From the sequence record PZ445453.1: a stretch of 64,000 nt of DNA. One strand, 5' to 3'. Every line of letters starts with the position of its first letter. Within the stretch, counting starts at the first letter, position 1. Source of the DNA: a phage. A model generated the notes under the pieces. The model ran no database searches. It was given only the letters and a program-made list of their open reading frames with translations, and was not told the origin of the DNA. Of the stretch, positions 9,315-18,602 are shown in pieces. The translations under genes were made by a program, and so were the position numbers.

Positions 9315-9533
9315 GTGTACAAATTATATAAAGCAAAAGATAAGTTTACGGGTAATACATCTGGTTTCTATGTAACACCACGAGGTGTTGCTGTATTTGA
9401 TTGGATCTCTGGTACTCCAGATCGTGAAATGATCTCTCTTGTAAAACTGTCAGAACAAGAGTACACTTACGGTGACATTACAACATTCTATTCTCGTGCA
9501 GAGAATCCAAAACTGATTGCGGAGTGGGAATAA
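9315..9533 (+). CDS. hypothetical protein (GTG start)
   Basis: 72-aa ORF, GAGGAG RBS upstream of GTG. Confidence 0.45.
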   Translation: MYKLYKAKDKFTGNTSGFYVTPRGVAVFDWISGTPDREMISLVKLSEQEYTYGDITTFYSRAENPKLIAEWE

Positions 9534-9796
9534 TGGTTACACGATATGGTTTAGAGGTGTACAGCCAAGGTGCTGCTGGTCAATGTGATATTGTACCAGA
9601 TCCAGAGGGGGATTATGTTCTTCTTGCTGATTACAATAAGCTAGAAGAAAGACTTCTGGCTGTGTATGCTAAAGAGAACAAAACAATCTGTCCTTATTGC
9701 AGTGGAATGGGTTGGGTGGTTGCAGATGTTGGACAAATGTATGAATGTGTACCTTGTAAAACCACAGGATTTATTGAAAAGGATACTGACAAATGA
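9533..9796 (+). CDS. hypothetical protein with CxxC...CxxC
   Basis: CPYCSGMG...CVPCK zinc-ribbon-like spacing. Confidence 0.45.
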   Translation: MVTRYGLEVYSQGAAGQCDIVPDPEGDYVLLADYNKLEERLLAVYAKENKTICPYCSGMGWVVADVGQMYECVPCKTTGFIEKDTDK

Positions 9797-10041
9797 CTGT
9801 AGCAGATAAAATGAGAGAACTGGCAGAAAACGCAGAACTTAACAAAGCAAAGGAGAGTTTACAAAATATCTACGCGTATATTGAGAGAGCAGCTAAAGAT
9901 GGGGACAGAGAAGTTGCTATATACACGCTTTATCCAACTTTTGTAAAAGTTAGCTTGGATGCTGAAGGTTTTTCAACTTTTATTGATACAGAAACATCTC
10001 ATTACGATGAAAACTTTACTCGAATAGTTATTCGATGGTAA
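9793..10041 (+). CDS. hypothetical protein
   Basis: 82-aa ORF, ATGA overlap. Confidence 0.5.
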   Translation: MTVADKMRELAENAELNKAKESLQNIYAYIERAAKDGDREVAIYTLYPTFVKVSLDAEGFSTFIDTETSHYDENFTRIVIRW

Positions 10042-10146
10042 ATTTCTGACATTTATGCGCCCTGGCTACCTGGGCGTAATAAATTCAGTTTATATTTGAT
10101 CCGCGCCTTCGGCGCTTAGGCAAAGCCACGCCACATAGGAGAGTTT

Positions 10147-10557
10147 ATGTTCAAATGGTTAAAAGGGTTTCTAACATCTTTGGCAGAACCTAAGCAAGAT
10201 GTTATTAAAAGCTCTATCACAGGAAAACCGCTTGTTATCGTTACAGGCGGCTTTGGTCATGGGTTTTCCCTTAAACAAACAGATATAGGTTTACAGGGAT
10301 GTTTGATTAGTTTTAGAATCACTCAATTAGGAGACAACAGACAAACAATCTTAGATCTTTTCAATGGAGAGTTTGATGATTATTTATCTAAGAGTGATAA
10401 AGAACGTCTGATCGAGCATATAAAACACCGCTATGAACGTGGTGGTTACTATCTAGAGACAAAACGTAATTCACAAGGTAATCTTGACATAGTTAGCACA
10501 GCGTGGGATAATGAATTTAAAACTAAACTTGGTAAACTTCTGGAGGAGTTATGGTAA
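10147..10557 (+). CDS. hypothetical protein
   Basis: 136-aa ORF with GGAG RBS. Confidence 0.5.
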   Translation: MFKWLKGFLTSLAEPKQDVIKSSITGKPLVIVTGGFGHGFSLKQTDIGLQGCLISFRITQLGDNRQTILDLFNGEFDDYLSKSDKERLIEHIKHRYERGGYYLETKRNSQGNLDIVSTAWDNEFKTKLGKLLEELW

Positions 10558-10733
10558 ATATTAAAACAGGTGATATTGTACGTCTTGCCAGTGAAGAAAT
10601 GTTAATGACTGTAATGGTATCTACTTATGATACTTGCGAAGTGGTGTGGTTTGATGTTAATGAGCAACTACAGAAAGCTACATTTGATAAACGTATGCTT
10701 CGTAAAGTTGAAGAAGTGAAGGAGGAAGAATAA
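10551..10733 (+). CDS. hypothetical protein
   Basis: 60-aa ORF. Confidence 0.45.
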   Translation: MVNIKTGDIVRLASEEMLMTVMVSTYDTCEVVWFDVNEQLQKATFDKRMLRKVEEVKEEE

Positions 10734-10734
10734 T

Positions 10735-10947
10735 ATGACAATGTTGCTTCGTGTTTTTGTGTTTCTTATGTTCTGGATTATCGTTGGTAACGGTATCGTA
10801 TTTTTGATTTTTCCTGAAGTAATGACAGGTAATGAAAATAAAGCCGTGCCTTACATTATGCTTATTGGTTACGGTATTGGTACACTTGGACTACTGTTTG
10901 CTGATTGGTTGGTCAATACTTTGTTCTCTAAGTACAGGAACAACTAA
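10735..10947 (+). CDS. small two-TM membrane protein
   Basis: 70 aa with two hydrophobic helices. Confidence 0.5.
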   Translation: MTMLLRVFVFLMFWIIVGNGIVFLIFPEVMTGNENKAVPYIMLIGYGIGTLGLLFADWLVNTLFSKYRNN

Positions 10948-10948
10948 T

Positions 10949-11221
10949 ATGTCGGAAAAATTACCTAACGTCTTCTTTTGTTTTGTAGACTGTGTTACAC
11001 AAGAAATTATAGTTGACGAAGAAGGTATGTTTACCTATTTTGCATCTGAAGAAGAGGCAAAACTATCAGCTATGAAATGTATAAGCCAATTGTCAGTACC
11101 TGCTGTCAACAGGTTCGGTATTGCACAGGTGTATAAAACAGTAACAGAGTTTACACCAGAGCGAAAACTAACTTTTCTTAACGTTCACTTTGTTTGTAAG
11201 TTTAGTGAACTACGACATTAA
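10949..11221 (+). CDS. hypothetical protein
   Basis: ORF trimmed to ATG 10949. Confidence 0.4.
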   Translation: MSEKLPNVFFCFVDCVTQEIIVDEEGMFTYFASEEEAKLSAMKCISQLSVPAVNRFGIAQVYKTVTEFTPERKLTFLNVHFVCKFSELRH

Positions 11222-11234
11222 ATCAGGAGTAAAA

Positions 11235-11834
11235 ATGAAAGAATATTGGAGTGGTGAGAAGGGCTTGCTAAAGCCAGGAATGCTTTTGCGAGTAAAGAAC
11301 ATGTTGATCACACAAGATTACATAATGCCTAATCCTGGAACATTAGTAGAATTCCTTACTGCACGAGATCAACCTGGGGTTGGTGAAATGTGGATTGTAA
11401 CATGGATATCTCTCGATGGTAAATTGCGCGTTGCTCCTATTGACCCAAAACACTTGGAATCTCCTTACGCCAGCATTGATTCTCGGATCATAGATTTGGC
11501 TAGAGTTTATAAGGCTAGGACTGGTGTAGAATTAGATGTAGAAATTTTAAATCAATGTATTGACTTCTTACCTGAAAAAGTGCATAATGCACAACAAGAA
11601 GATAGCGGTTTAGAAGTTATTCTTCTGAATGATGGGATGTTCTCTGGTCTGGCATCTGTAGATTTTCCAATAACATTAAGATTGTTACCTGGGGAATACG
11701 TACTGGATGACACTACTATTGCTATATCCTCTAAAATTTTAGAACTCATTCCAGGTGCAAGGTGTGTTGGTGATACATCTTCCTTGCTGTTTACCCTGAA
11801 TGAAGAAGCCATTATAGTTAAAAAGGAGAAGTAA
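11235..11834 (+). CDS. hypothetical protein
   Basis: Start at ATG 11235 after CAGGAG. Confidence 0.5.
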   Translation: MKEYWSGEKGLLKPGMLLRVKNMLITQDYIMPNPGTLVEFLTARDQPGVGEMWIVTWISLDGKLRVAPIDPKHLESPYASIDSRIIDLARVYKARTGVELDVEILNQCIDFLPEKVHNAQQEDSGLEVILLNDGMFSGLASVDFPITLRLLPGEYVLDDTTIAISSKILELIPGARCVGDTSSLLFTLNEEAIIVKKEK

Positions 11835-11990
11835 ATGATGACGTTTATTGTTGGTGTTGTTGTTGGTTATTTTGGTCACAAGTACCAAGATGTTATCATC
11901 GCTAAAGTTGACGAAGTAATCGAAAAATTTAAACACTAATTTTCTAAAAGGCTGTACTATTGTGCAGCCTATCTTTCAAAGGAGAGTAAA

Positions 11991-12164
11991 ATGTTCAAAG
12001 ATACCAATTATAAATGTGTACATTGTGGTAAATCTTTTGGTGATCACCAAGCTAAAACATTCAATTGTCCACGAAAAGGGCGAGGTAGCTTTAAAGGTTT
12101 TAATCCATCCCACGTTTATTCTCCCAACTACGAGAAACCAGAAGAAGAAAAATTTGTAATCTGA
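11991..12164 (+). CDS. small C2C2 zinc-finger protein (sub-threshold ORF)
   Basis: 57-aa ORF not in supplied track; AAGGAGAG RBS; KCVHCGK...FNCPRKG. Confidence 0.35.
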   Translation: MFKDTNYKCVHCGKSFGDHQAKTFNCPRKGRGSFKGFNPSHVYSPNYEKPEEEKFVI

Positions 12165-12173
12165 GGAGGCAAT

Positions 12174-12461
12174 ATGGAACTAGTACAAGAAGTTTATGAA
12201 AAACTAAAAGAAGAGAATCTTGATTGGCCTGAACATGCTCTTATTGTCGTCAAAGATACTAATGGTGAAATAAAATTCTCAAGTGTAAGTGAAGATGATG
12301 TTGTTTTAAGTCCTACAGGATATTATATGAGAGGTGTTACGTGCCTATTCAACACCAAAGTGTATCCTGAAATTAAACTTAGTTACGGGGAACCTGATCA
12401 TCCAGAAATCGTTACACGTAATGAATATGAAAATTATTATTTTGCTCGTGAAAGCAAATAA
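12174..12461 (+). CDS. hypothetical protein
   Basis: 95-aa ORF with GAGGAGG RBS. Confidence 0.5.
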   Translation: MELVQEVYEKLKEENLDWPEHALIVVKDTNGEIKFSSVSEDDVVLSPTGYYMRGVTCLFNTKVYPEIKLSYGEPDHPEIVTRNEYENYYFARESK

Positions 12462-12469
12462 GGAAAACT

Positions 12470-12793
12470 ATGCAAAAAATAAACACTGGTTCTCGTCCTA
12501 AACAGAAGCAAACAAAAGCAAGGGTATCTTATGTTGATAACTCTTGTTATAATTTCAAAAATGTTAAAGAAGTTGTCATTGATGAAAAAGAAGGTTTGAT
12601 TCACATTTCATCTGAACGTTTGAAAGGTAGTGTTACTCTTCGTGAGAATGTATCTATACCTATGAAAGTTGTGGTTACACTTTGTGTTGATAAGCCAGAT
12701 GTTGTTAACTATTATGTGTTCCGTGATAGTTGTATTTCATCTCATAATAAGATTTTTAAATCTTCGCACGTTAAAACAAAACACATTGTATAA
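12470..12793 (+). CDS. hypothetical protein
   Basis: 107-aa ORF followed by terminator. Confidence 0.5.
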   Translation: MQKINTGSRPKQKQTKARVSYVDNSCYNFKNVKEVVIDEKEGLIHISSERLKGSVTLRENVSIPMKVVVTLCVDKPDVVNYYVFRDSCISSHNKIFKSSHVKTKHIV

Positions 12794-12798
12794 CACAT

Positions 12799-12822
12799 AA
12801 ACCCGCTTCGGCGGGTTTTCTT
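12799..12822 (+). terminator. intrinsic terminator
   Basis: CCCGC-TTCG-GCGGG hairpin then TTTTCTT. Confidence 0.7.
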
Positions 12823-12878
12823 GTATGTATGCTCTTCATCTGTTATAAACACTTTTAGCATAAACAATAGGAGGTATT

Positions 12879-13100
12879 ATGTCTGTAGTTGTAGAAGGTA
12901 GTATTGGTTTCTTAGTAGATAACCCTCACCCTTTCGTGGTTAAGGTTCATATTCAAGAAAAGGTAAGCAACAATACGTGGCTGTGCTTGTTAGATAGTAA
13001 GATACACTCTTATACAGAGGTTTATCTTCACACTTGGCAAATTGGTACGATAACAGCAGAGGATGAATTGATAATTGAACTATATGAACGAGATCTATAG
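12879..13100 (+). CDS. hypothetical protein
   Basis: 73-aa ORF with AGGAGG RBS. Confidence 0.45.
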   Translation: MSVVVEGSIGFLVDNPHPFVVKVHIQEKVSNNTWLCLLDSKIHSYTEVYLHTWQIGTITAEDELIIELYERDL

Positions 13101-13180
13101 ATGACTTTATTAGAGAGTATTGTAGTGTTAATCATCTTTATCATTGTTGTCATAGGATATTTTACAGAAGACTAAAATAA

Positions 13181-13213
13181 AGCCCCTAGAATCGCTTCTA
13201 GGGGCTTTTGTTT
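13181..13213. terminator. bidirectional intrinsic terminator at strand-switch
   Basis: 11-bp stem AGCCCCTAGAA/TTCTAGGGGCT flanked by A-run and T-run. Confidence 0.7.
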
Positions 13214-13275
13214 GCATAAGGTAGGGAAACGTATTACTAAAATAAAAAGTGCGTTAGAATGCGTTACAGGAGGTT

Positions 13276-13533
13276 TTAGGAATGCATAAAATCTTCTTCA
13301 GGACAGGTTGAGAGATAAGAAATGCACGTTGGGACAACAACAACATTATCTTTAAGGTTTGCAACCAAACCTTTTGTAATCCCAGCTACTGCCCCGTTAA
13401 TATCTGCTTGACGGATACCAAAACCTTGTTGTGCGGATAGATAACAAAATCCCTCACCTTTCTGTTGATTATTATTGAAGTAATAAACGTAGTGCATCAT
13501 AAAATGGTCTTTAACGATTTGTTCTGTGGTCAT
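13276..13533 (-). CDS. hypothetical protein
   Basis: 85-aa ORF. Confidence 0.5.
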   Translation of the reverse strand: MTTEQIVKDHFMMHYVYYFNNNQQKGEGFCYLSAQQGFGIRQADINGAVAGITKGLVANLKDNVVVVPTCISYLSTCPEEDFMHS

Positions 13534-13544
13534 AATATTCTCCT

Positions 13545-13570
13545 ATAAGAAAAGGGGCTTTCGCCCCCTT
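13545..13570 (-). terminator. intrinsic terminator
   Basis: GGGGC-TTTC-GCCCC hairpin; T-run on minus strand. Confidence 0.6.
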
Positions 13571-13577
13571 GGTTAAG

Positions 13578-14390
13578 TTATTTAGTCAAATGATCTTCTA
13601 TCATTTTTATGAAAGCAGGATTGCTAAAAGCATCTGCGGCCTTTTCTCGATAAACAAAGACTCCTCTATCTTCGTAAAGAAGAGTTTCTTCGTAATTAAT
13701 TCCTGGGTTAACAACGATCATTTTTGTACCCATATTAAGTGCAGGGAATAATTCCCAATTAAAATTGATAACTTGGTTTGAACATCCTACTACTACAACC
13801 AAATCTTGCATGGTTAAAGTATCAAACAAGTGAGCCATATCTGCATACAAAGGTGCAGCCTCACCAAAAAATACAACATTAGGCTTCACCCAGTTATAAT
13901 CATCTATGTTTATACTGCTGTAACCAATATCTACCAGTGTCTTGTAATCTCCAGGATGCATACGATAAACTATTTCAGGAAGATATCCGTGCACGTGAAT
14001 AACAGAATCCCTGTCTACACCTGCTCGCTCTAGTAGATCATCGACGTTTGTTGTCAAGTTTACTACTTGGTTAGGATATTCCTTAAACCACTTTGCTATT
14101 TGAATATGTGCAGCATTAGGTTGTACATCTTTAAGCTCAACACGTCTTTTGTTATAAAATTCGTGTGTTTTGGCATACAAATCCATACCGTTCTCGTCTA
14201 CACCACCAACCACGGGAAGATCTGGAGATGTTCTAACACGATAACCTGCTTGGAAAGCTCCAATATCGCAGACCTCTTGTAAATCATATTCCTCCCATAA
14301 GGCACGACCACTATCTGTGTCTGTTCGGAATGTTCGAATCCCACTGTCTGCACTTAAACCAGCGCCACTGACAAAAATTACTCTTCGCAT
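13578..14390 (-). CDS. Sir2-family (sirtuin-like) NAD+-dependent enzyme lacking Zn-ribbon
   Basis: GAGLSADSGIRTFR, TTNVDDL and VHG motifs; no CxxC...CxxC module. Confidence 0.8.
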   Translation of the reverse strand: MRRVIFVSGAGLSADSGIRTFRTDTDSGRALWEEYDLQEVCDIGAFQAGYRVRTSPDLPVVGGVDENGMDLYAKTHEFYNKRRVELKDVQPNAAHIQIAKWFKEYPNQVVNLTTNVDDLLERAGVDRDSVIHVHGYLPEIVYRMHPGDYKTLVDIGYSSINIDDYNWVKPNVVFFGEAAPLYADMAHLFDTLTMQDLVVVVGCSNQVINFNWELFPALNMGTKMIVVNPGINYEETLLYEDRGVFVYREKAADAFSNPAFIKMIEDHLTK

Positions 14391-14947
14391 TCAATATCCT
14401 CTTCGTAATCATCATCCCAAGAAGATGCATCGTAACGCTCTTCCTCTTCGAAATCCCAATTAATTTCTACTCCAAAATCTAAAAACAATTTAACAATGTT
14501 TTCTGTAGAATAGTATTTATCATAAGCGTTAGCTAGTTCCCAATACTTGTCACTCAATTTTTTATAAGTAGGATCATTATAGTCATAATCTACTTTATAA
14601 CCATAGTCATACATCTCTTGTTCAGCTTTAAGCATAGCTTCTGGTGTAAGAAGATTAGGGAACGGACGATTTCTTTCTTTTAACTTAGAAGCGATCCAGT
14701 TTGCAACATTCGCCACTTCACCATCTCGATTATCACCTAAACAACTTGCATAATCTCCATCTTCGTAAGTGCCTAAATCCCCACTCACTTCATGTACAAT
14801 AGATGAATACGATCCACACGTTTCACAATCTGAAAAAGTGTCTACTGTTGTAATATCAATAGATAAAACTGGTAAAGCCATAGCTTCTTTCACACAAGCC
14901 TCCTCATATAATAACATGTCATCAAAACCCATATATCCTCCAGACAA
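14378..14947 (-). CDS. highly acidic hypothetical protein co-transcribed with Sir2-like gene
   Basis: 189 aa, Asp/Glu/Tyr-rich C-terminus; 13-nt overlap with Sir2 start. Confidence 0.55.
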   Translation of the reverse strand: MSGGYMGFDDMLLYEEACVKEAMALPVLSIDITTVDTFSDCETCGSYSSIVHEVSGDLGTYEDGDYASCLGDNRDGEVANVANWIASKLKERNRPFPNLLTPEAMLKAEQEMYDYGYKVDYDYNDPTYKKLSDKYWELANAYDKYYSTENIVKLFLDFGVEINWDFEEEERYDASSWDDDYEEDIECEE

Positions 14948-14968
14948 ATAAAGCCCCTGTTTGGGGCT
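14944..14968 (-). terminator. intrinsic terminator / 5' leader hairpin
   Basis: AGCCCC-TGTTT-GGGGCT hairpin; T-run on minus strand. Confidence 0.55.
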
Positions 14969-14985
14969 TTGGTTAAGTTTTACGG

Positions 14986-15015
14986 ATTATACCAGACTTT
15001 TAAGGTACTTGTCAA
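14986..15015 (-). promoter_or_regulatory. sigma70-consensus promoter (TTGACA-N18-TATAAT) on minus strand
   Basis: Reverse complement reads cccTTGACAagtaccttaaaagtctggTATAATccg. Confidence 0.55.
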
Positions 15016-15262
15016 GGGCTTCTTGATCACCTTGACAAACATAGCAACGGAAGTCTTGAGCAGAAGGTTCTTTGTCCTCGTCCCAATAGACAGTACCTTT
15101 ATAGCGTGAGCCTGGGAACTCGAAGTATGCCACATGAGTAATATGGTGTGGGCCACCCCAAAACTCTGTAAAAGTAAATTGAGGATACGCTGCTTTAACT
15201 GTATTTTCAAACCAAGTTTTACGATCTAATGCTTCGTTTATAAAATAAGCATGGCGTTCCAT
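14987..15262 (-). CDS. hypothetical protein
   Basis: 91-aa ORF. Confidence 0.5.
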   Translation of the reverse strand: MERHAYFINEALDRKTWFENTVKAAYPQFTFTEFWGGPHHITHVAYFEFPGSRYKGTVYWDEDKEPSAQDFRCYVCQGDQEALDKYLKSLV

Positions 15263-15311
15263 TTCATCCCAATCTTTCCAAACGCATCTACAAAGTTAAA
15301 CTCTAAACCTT

Positions 15312-15836
15312 TCATACAACCTCCTCGTAATTGTTATTGTGTTTTACTGTCTCAACATACAATAAAGATTCCATCTGTAATACATTACCAGAAATAATAA
15401 ACCCATAAGCCATTTCAGATGTGTCTATATCATATGCCCCGTCTTCCGGTTTAGCAAAGTGTAAAATTATTTCATCTGGGTTTTCTTCATCCCATATTTT
15501 AGAAATTTTCCGAACCAGAATATTAGCTAAAATAGTTGACATTCGGGATAAAGCTGTATCCTCATATCTTTTAAAACCTAACCAATAGAGGTTAAGAATT
15601 TCTACTTCTTCTTGTGTTAAGTTTTTGTCTAAAGTAATCAGATCTGTAGGATACATCGTTTCTGTTGAACCTACTATTACAAAACCTGGAGTGTTATGAA
15701 AAACAATCTTAACTTTATCACGTATGAAGTTTAAACCTTGTGCCTCAACTATATATTGTATTGTAGGTACAATATCGTTTGTTACATCAATAAAGCTATC
15801 TTTAATGACACTTATATTATTTCTGGACAAGACCAT
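15312..15836 (-). CDS. hypothetical protein
   Basis: 174-aa ORF. Confidence 0.5.
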   Translation of the reverse strand: MVLSRNNISVIKDSFIDVTNDIVPTIQYIVEAQGLNFIRDKVKIVFHNTPGFVIVGSTETMYPTDLITLDKNLTQEEVEILNLYWLGFKRYEDTALSRMSTILANILVRKISKIWDEENPDEIILHFAKPEDGAYDIDTSEMAYGFIISGNVLQMESLLYVETVKHNNNYEEVV

Positions 15837-16395
15837 TCTCCTCTAAAATAGGTTTAATAAATTCGAAGATTTGTTTTTTACTTTTACCTCGAATATTAAA
15901 ACAAGGAACATTAAACTTTTTAGCCAACATCCAAGCTGTTCTTGTACCACCTAAAGGATCTCCATTTTTATCTGTATTTGCACAAGCTAAAAGAAAACAA
16001 GATGGTTTTGGATTCTCAAGATCTCTGCCAAGAACTTGGTGGATATTTCTTTGATGTAATTTTTTAGCACCTTGAGATAATCTGTCCCAAGCTGGATGCA
16101 ATTCTTTTGCATATTGCAAGGTTAGAGCATAGTTTACACTATCTGGTCTGTCAAGAACAATAACCTCTCCCTCTATCTCATTACCTTTAAACGAAGGCCA
16201 AGGAATGTATATTTCTTTCTTTGTATTGTTTCCACTATCATACACCCCGCATTCAAATGCGGAATCTGCACCTTCTGCTTTACCAGATCGTAAAATGAAC
16301 CATGTAGATAACCATTTTGCAACAGCTACCATAGTGTCCCATTCTTCGTCTGTAATATCTCTGCTACCAACACCTGTGTAGAATAAATCGCTCAT
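15817..16395 (-). CDS. SLOG/DprA-like Rossmann-fold protein
   Basis: YTGVGSRDIT ... SGKAEGADSAFECG pattern; start set to ATG 16395 with AAGGAG RBS, the 38-aa extension in the track rejected. Confidence 0.5.
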   Translation of the reverse strand: MSDLFYTGVGSRDITDEEWDTMVAVAKWLSTWFILRSGKAEGADSAFECGVYDSGNNTKKEIYIPWPSFKGNEIEGEVIVLDRPDSVNYALTLQYAKELHPAWDRLSQGAKKLHQRNIHQVLGRDLENPKPSCFLLACANTDKNGDPLGGTRTAWMLAKKFNVPCFNIRGKSKKQIFEFIKPILEENGLVQK

Positions 16396-16405
16396 GGTTT
16401 TCTCC

Positions 16406-16726
16406 TTAACAAGTAATATTGGGAATAATACTGGGAGTAACAATTGGAGTAATAGGGTACGTAAACCAAGGGCTTCCAATTTCCCAAGGACTATAAGGTG
16501 TACGAGGATCAAATGGAGGCGTTACTTGAGGCTTTTTCCACATCTCCGCTAGTTGTTTCTTCCATTTATCCCTTGCTGTATCGTTATCTTCATCCAACTG
16601 CTCGTCATTATCTTTTATTTCTGATTTTGGAAATAAAAGCTCTTTGACTAACTCAACGTCTTCCGTTTCAATAGTAGTTTCTTTCGTAATATTCCCTACC
16701 GTCTCTTTAATTGTGACTTTATACAT
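16406..16726 (-). CDS. hypothetical protein
   Basis: 106-aa ORF with GAGGAGG RBS. Confidence 0.45.
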   Translation of the reverse strand: MYKVTIKETVGNITKETTIETEDVELVKELLFPKSEIKDNDEQLDEDNDTARDKWKKQLAEMWKKPQVTPPFDPRTPYSPWEIGSPWFTYPITPIVTPSIIPNITC

Positions 16727-17472
16727 TAGTCCTCCTCTAAAGTAGAATAAAATTGTAACGTATTTGAATCATCAAAATATGCAAAGGTTAAATTACCATT
16801 GAAGCAAGATCCTGTATCCATATATACCCTATTACTGCTAATTACAGGTTTAGGAACATAAGAATGCCCGTGAAATACATAATCTACTCCTGAAACTCTA
16901 GGAAGAAGAATTCCTTCAAGTGCGCAATCTATCATATCACGATCCCACATTAAAGATTCTGTGAATCGAGATACTTGTTCTTTATTCATATTCGAACAAA
17001 ATGGCAAAACTTCCGTCACTGGCAGATGTTCCAAAACTGAAGGATATCCTCCGTGAATAAAGCCTAGTTTCATATTACGATAATTGACAACAAGTACAAC
17101 AGGTAAGTCTTCTAGCATCAAAGCAAGAGCAGTTGCACCTTCTTCTCCACACTCGTTTAAAACTGTATGGCCTCCGTTCTGAAACCAACATTCGTAATAT
17201 CGCCTATCACCTTCTAGCAACCCTTTAATCATCATATCTTCGTGGTTCCCACGGATACCATAACGATTTAGCTTTCTGGTGAATTCAACAACACAACGAA
17301 AATTCTGCTTGCCGCGATCTGTAAGATCTCCTAAAGATACAACAACATCTTGATCTCGGATACCTAAAGTATTAACACCTTTCTGGTACAAATCAAAGCA
17401 ACCATGTAAATCACCAATAATAAACAGGTCTTGATCATCTTTTACACTAATTTCTTGATATACTAGCATCAA
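16726..17472 (-). CDS. Ser/Thr protein phosphatase (calcineurin-like metallophosphoesterase)
   Basis: GDLHGCFD, GDLTDRG, GNHE motifs in order. Confidence 0.85.
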   Translation of the reverse strand: MMLVYQEISVKDDQDLFIIGDLHGCFDLYQKGVNTLGIRDQDVVVSLGDLTDRGKQNFRCVVEFTRKLNRYGIRGNHEDMMIKGLLEGDRRYYECWFQNGGHTVLNECGEEGATALALMLEDLPVVLVVNYRNMKLGFIHGGYPSVLEHLPVTEVLPFCSNMNKEQVSRFTESLMWDRDMIDCALEGILLPRVSGVDYVFHGHSYVPKPVISSNRVYMDTGSCFNGNLTFAYFDDSNTLQFYSTLEED

Positions 17473-17795
17473 CTCTCCTCAAAATCCATAAGTATAAAGA
17501 TATTAACTTTACCTTCTATATTATGTTCTACAACAAGATCTGCAAATTCTTTGTAGGCTTTTTCTTCTATTTGTTCAATGTGAGACGCTACATCTTTGTA
17601 TATAGCGTCACCATCTACTTTAACAAGGAGGAATAGAGATCTTACTTCAATCTCTTTATTTTTGCGGGGTAGAAAATCGACGGCTTCTTGTATACGCCAG
17701 CCGAGATACCCTGGAGTCCTTTGAATATCCTCCAAATGACTTTCTAAGATTTCCCTTCCTTTGTCTATTAAAGCCTGTTCTGTCGTTATTTTCAT
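17469..17795 (-). CDS. hypothetical protein
   Basis: 108-aa ORF, ATGA overlap. Confidence 0.5.
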   Translation of the reverse strand: MKITTEQALIDKGREILESHLEDIQRTPGYLGWRIQEAVDFLPRKNKEIEVRSLFLLVKVDGDAIYKDVASHIEQIEEKAYKEFADLVVEHNIEGKVNIFILMDFEES

Positions 17796-17805
17796 CCCCT
17801 TCTCC

Positions 17806-18378
17806 TTAATGTGTTAATGAAACTGCGTAACTAAACACAGGTTCAGATATTACATCGGCTACAGTAATAAAAACGTCCTCATCTTGCGTTGTTTCTACAC
17901 GACATACAGTTACACCATTTACTACAAATTCAACGCAATGAGGAATATCTTCACAAACGAATGTAGTGTAAGTAACACCCAAAGCATCATACAAAGATTT
18001 AACAGTGTTTGCAAGTGCCGCAGTTTCTTCTTTTTCTGAGACAATGAATGCTGTAACAACAAGATTGTTTGCATAGTTTAGACTGTCCTCTATAGCCAAT
18101 GATTTACAAGGTAGTAATGCAAAATATTTACCTGGTTTAATCAGACCTGCTTCCCATTGATTCAAAATTGCTTGGGATGGTTTAGTAATATAAAACAGAT
18201 TTTCGCTTGGATTATCAATATTACTTCTGGCGATACAACGTGAAGGATTATTAATATCAAACACATGATCAAAATCTACACAAACTGGTAAACTGAAAGG
18301 TGTGAATTTTTTATCTAATAATCCTACTGCTGACAATATGTTTGCTGTGCTTATCTTCCCGTTAAAAGCTAAACGCAT
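17806..18378 (-). CDS. hypothetical protein
   Basis: 190-aa ORF. Confidence 0.5.
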   Translation of the reverse strand: MRLAFNGKISTANILSAVGLLDKKFTPFSLPVCVDFDHVFDINNPSRCIARSNIDNPSENLFYITKPSQAILNQWEAGLIKPGKYFALLPCKSLAIEDSLNYANNLVVTAFIVSEKEETAALANTVKSLYDALGVTYTTFVCEDIPHCVEFVVNGVTVCRVETTQDEDVFITVADVISEPVFSYAVSLTH

Positions 18379-18389
18379 ATTTAACTCCT

Positions 18390-18593
18390 TTAACTAGCAA
18401 CCGTAACTTCCGAACTTTCTTCTTTCGTACTGTCTACGATATGCCTGGTGGCAATATACGAGACTTGCCAGTTACCATCTGGTGTAGTCTCAATAAGTAC
18501 CCTATCTACTTCGAGAAAATGCAAAAATTCAACCATCGCTCGCTTCGATAGGAATTGTTTTTTAACAGTCTCCTCAAAAGATTGAACTGCCAT
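18390..18593 (-). CDS. hypothetical protein
   Basis: 67-aa ORF. Confidence 0.45.
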   Translation of the reverse strand: MAVQSFEETVKKQFLSKRAMVEFLHFLEVDRVLIETTPDGNWQVSYIATRHIVDSTKEESSEVTVAS

Positions 18594-18602
18594 GTTTCCT
18601 CC

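Noticed and set aside
15817-16512. 38-aa hydrophobic N-terminal extension of the SLOG-like ORF
   Set aside because: It overlaps the upstream gene; an internal ATG at 16395 has a proper AAGGAG RBS and begins the conserved domain.
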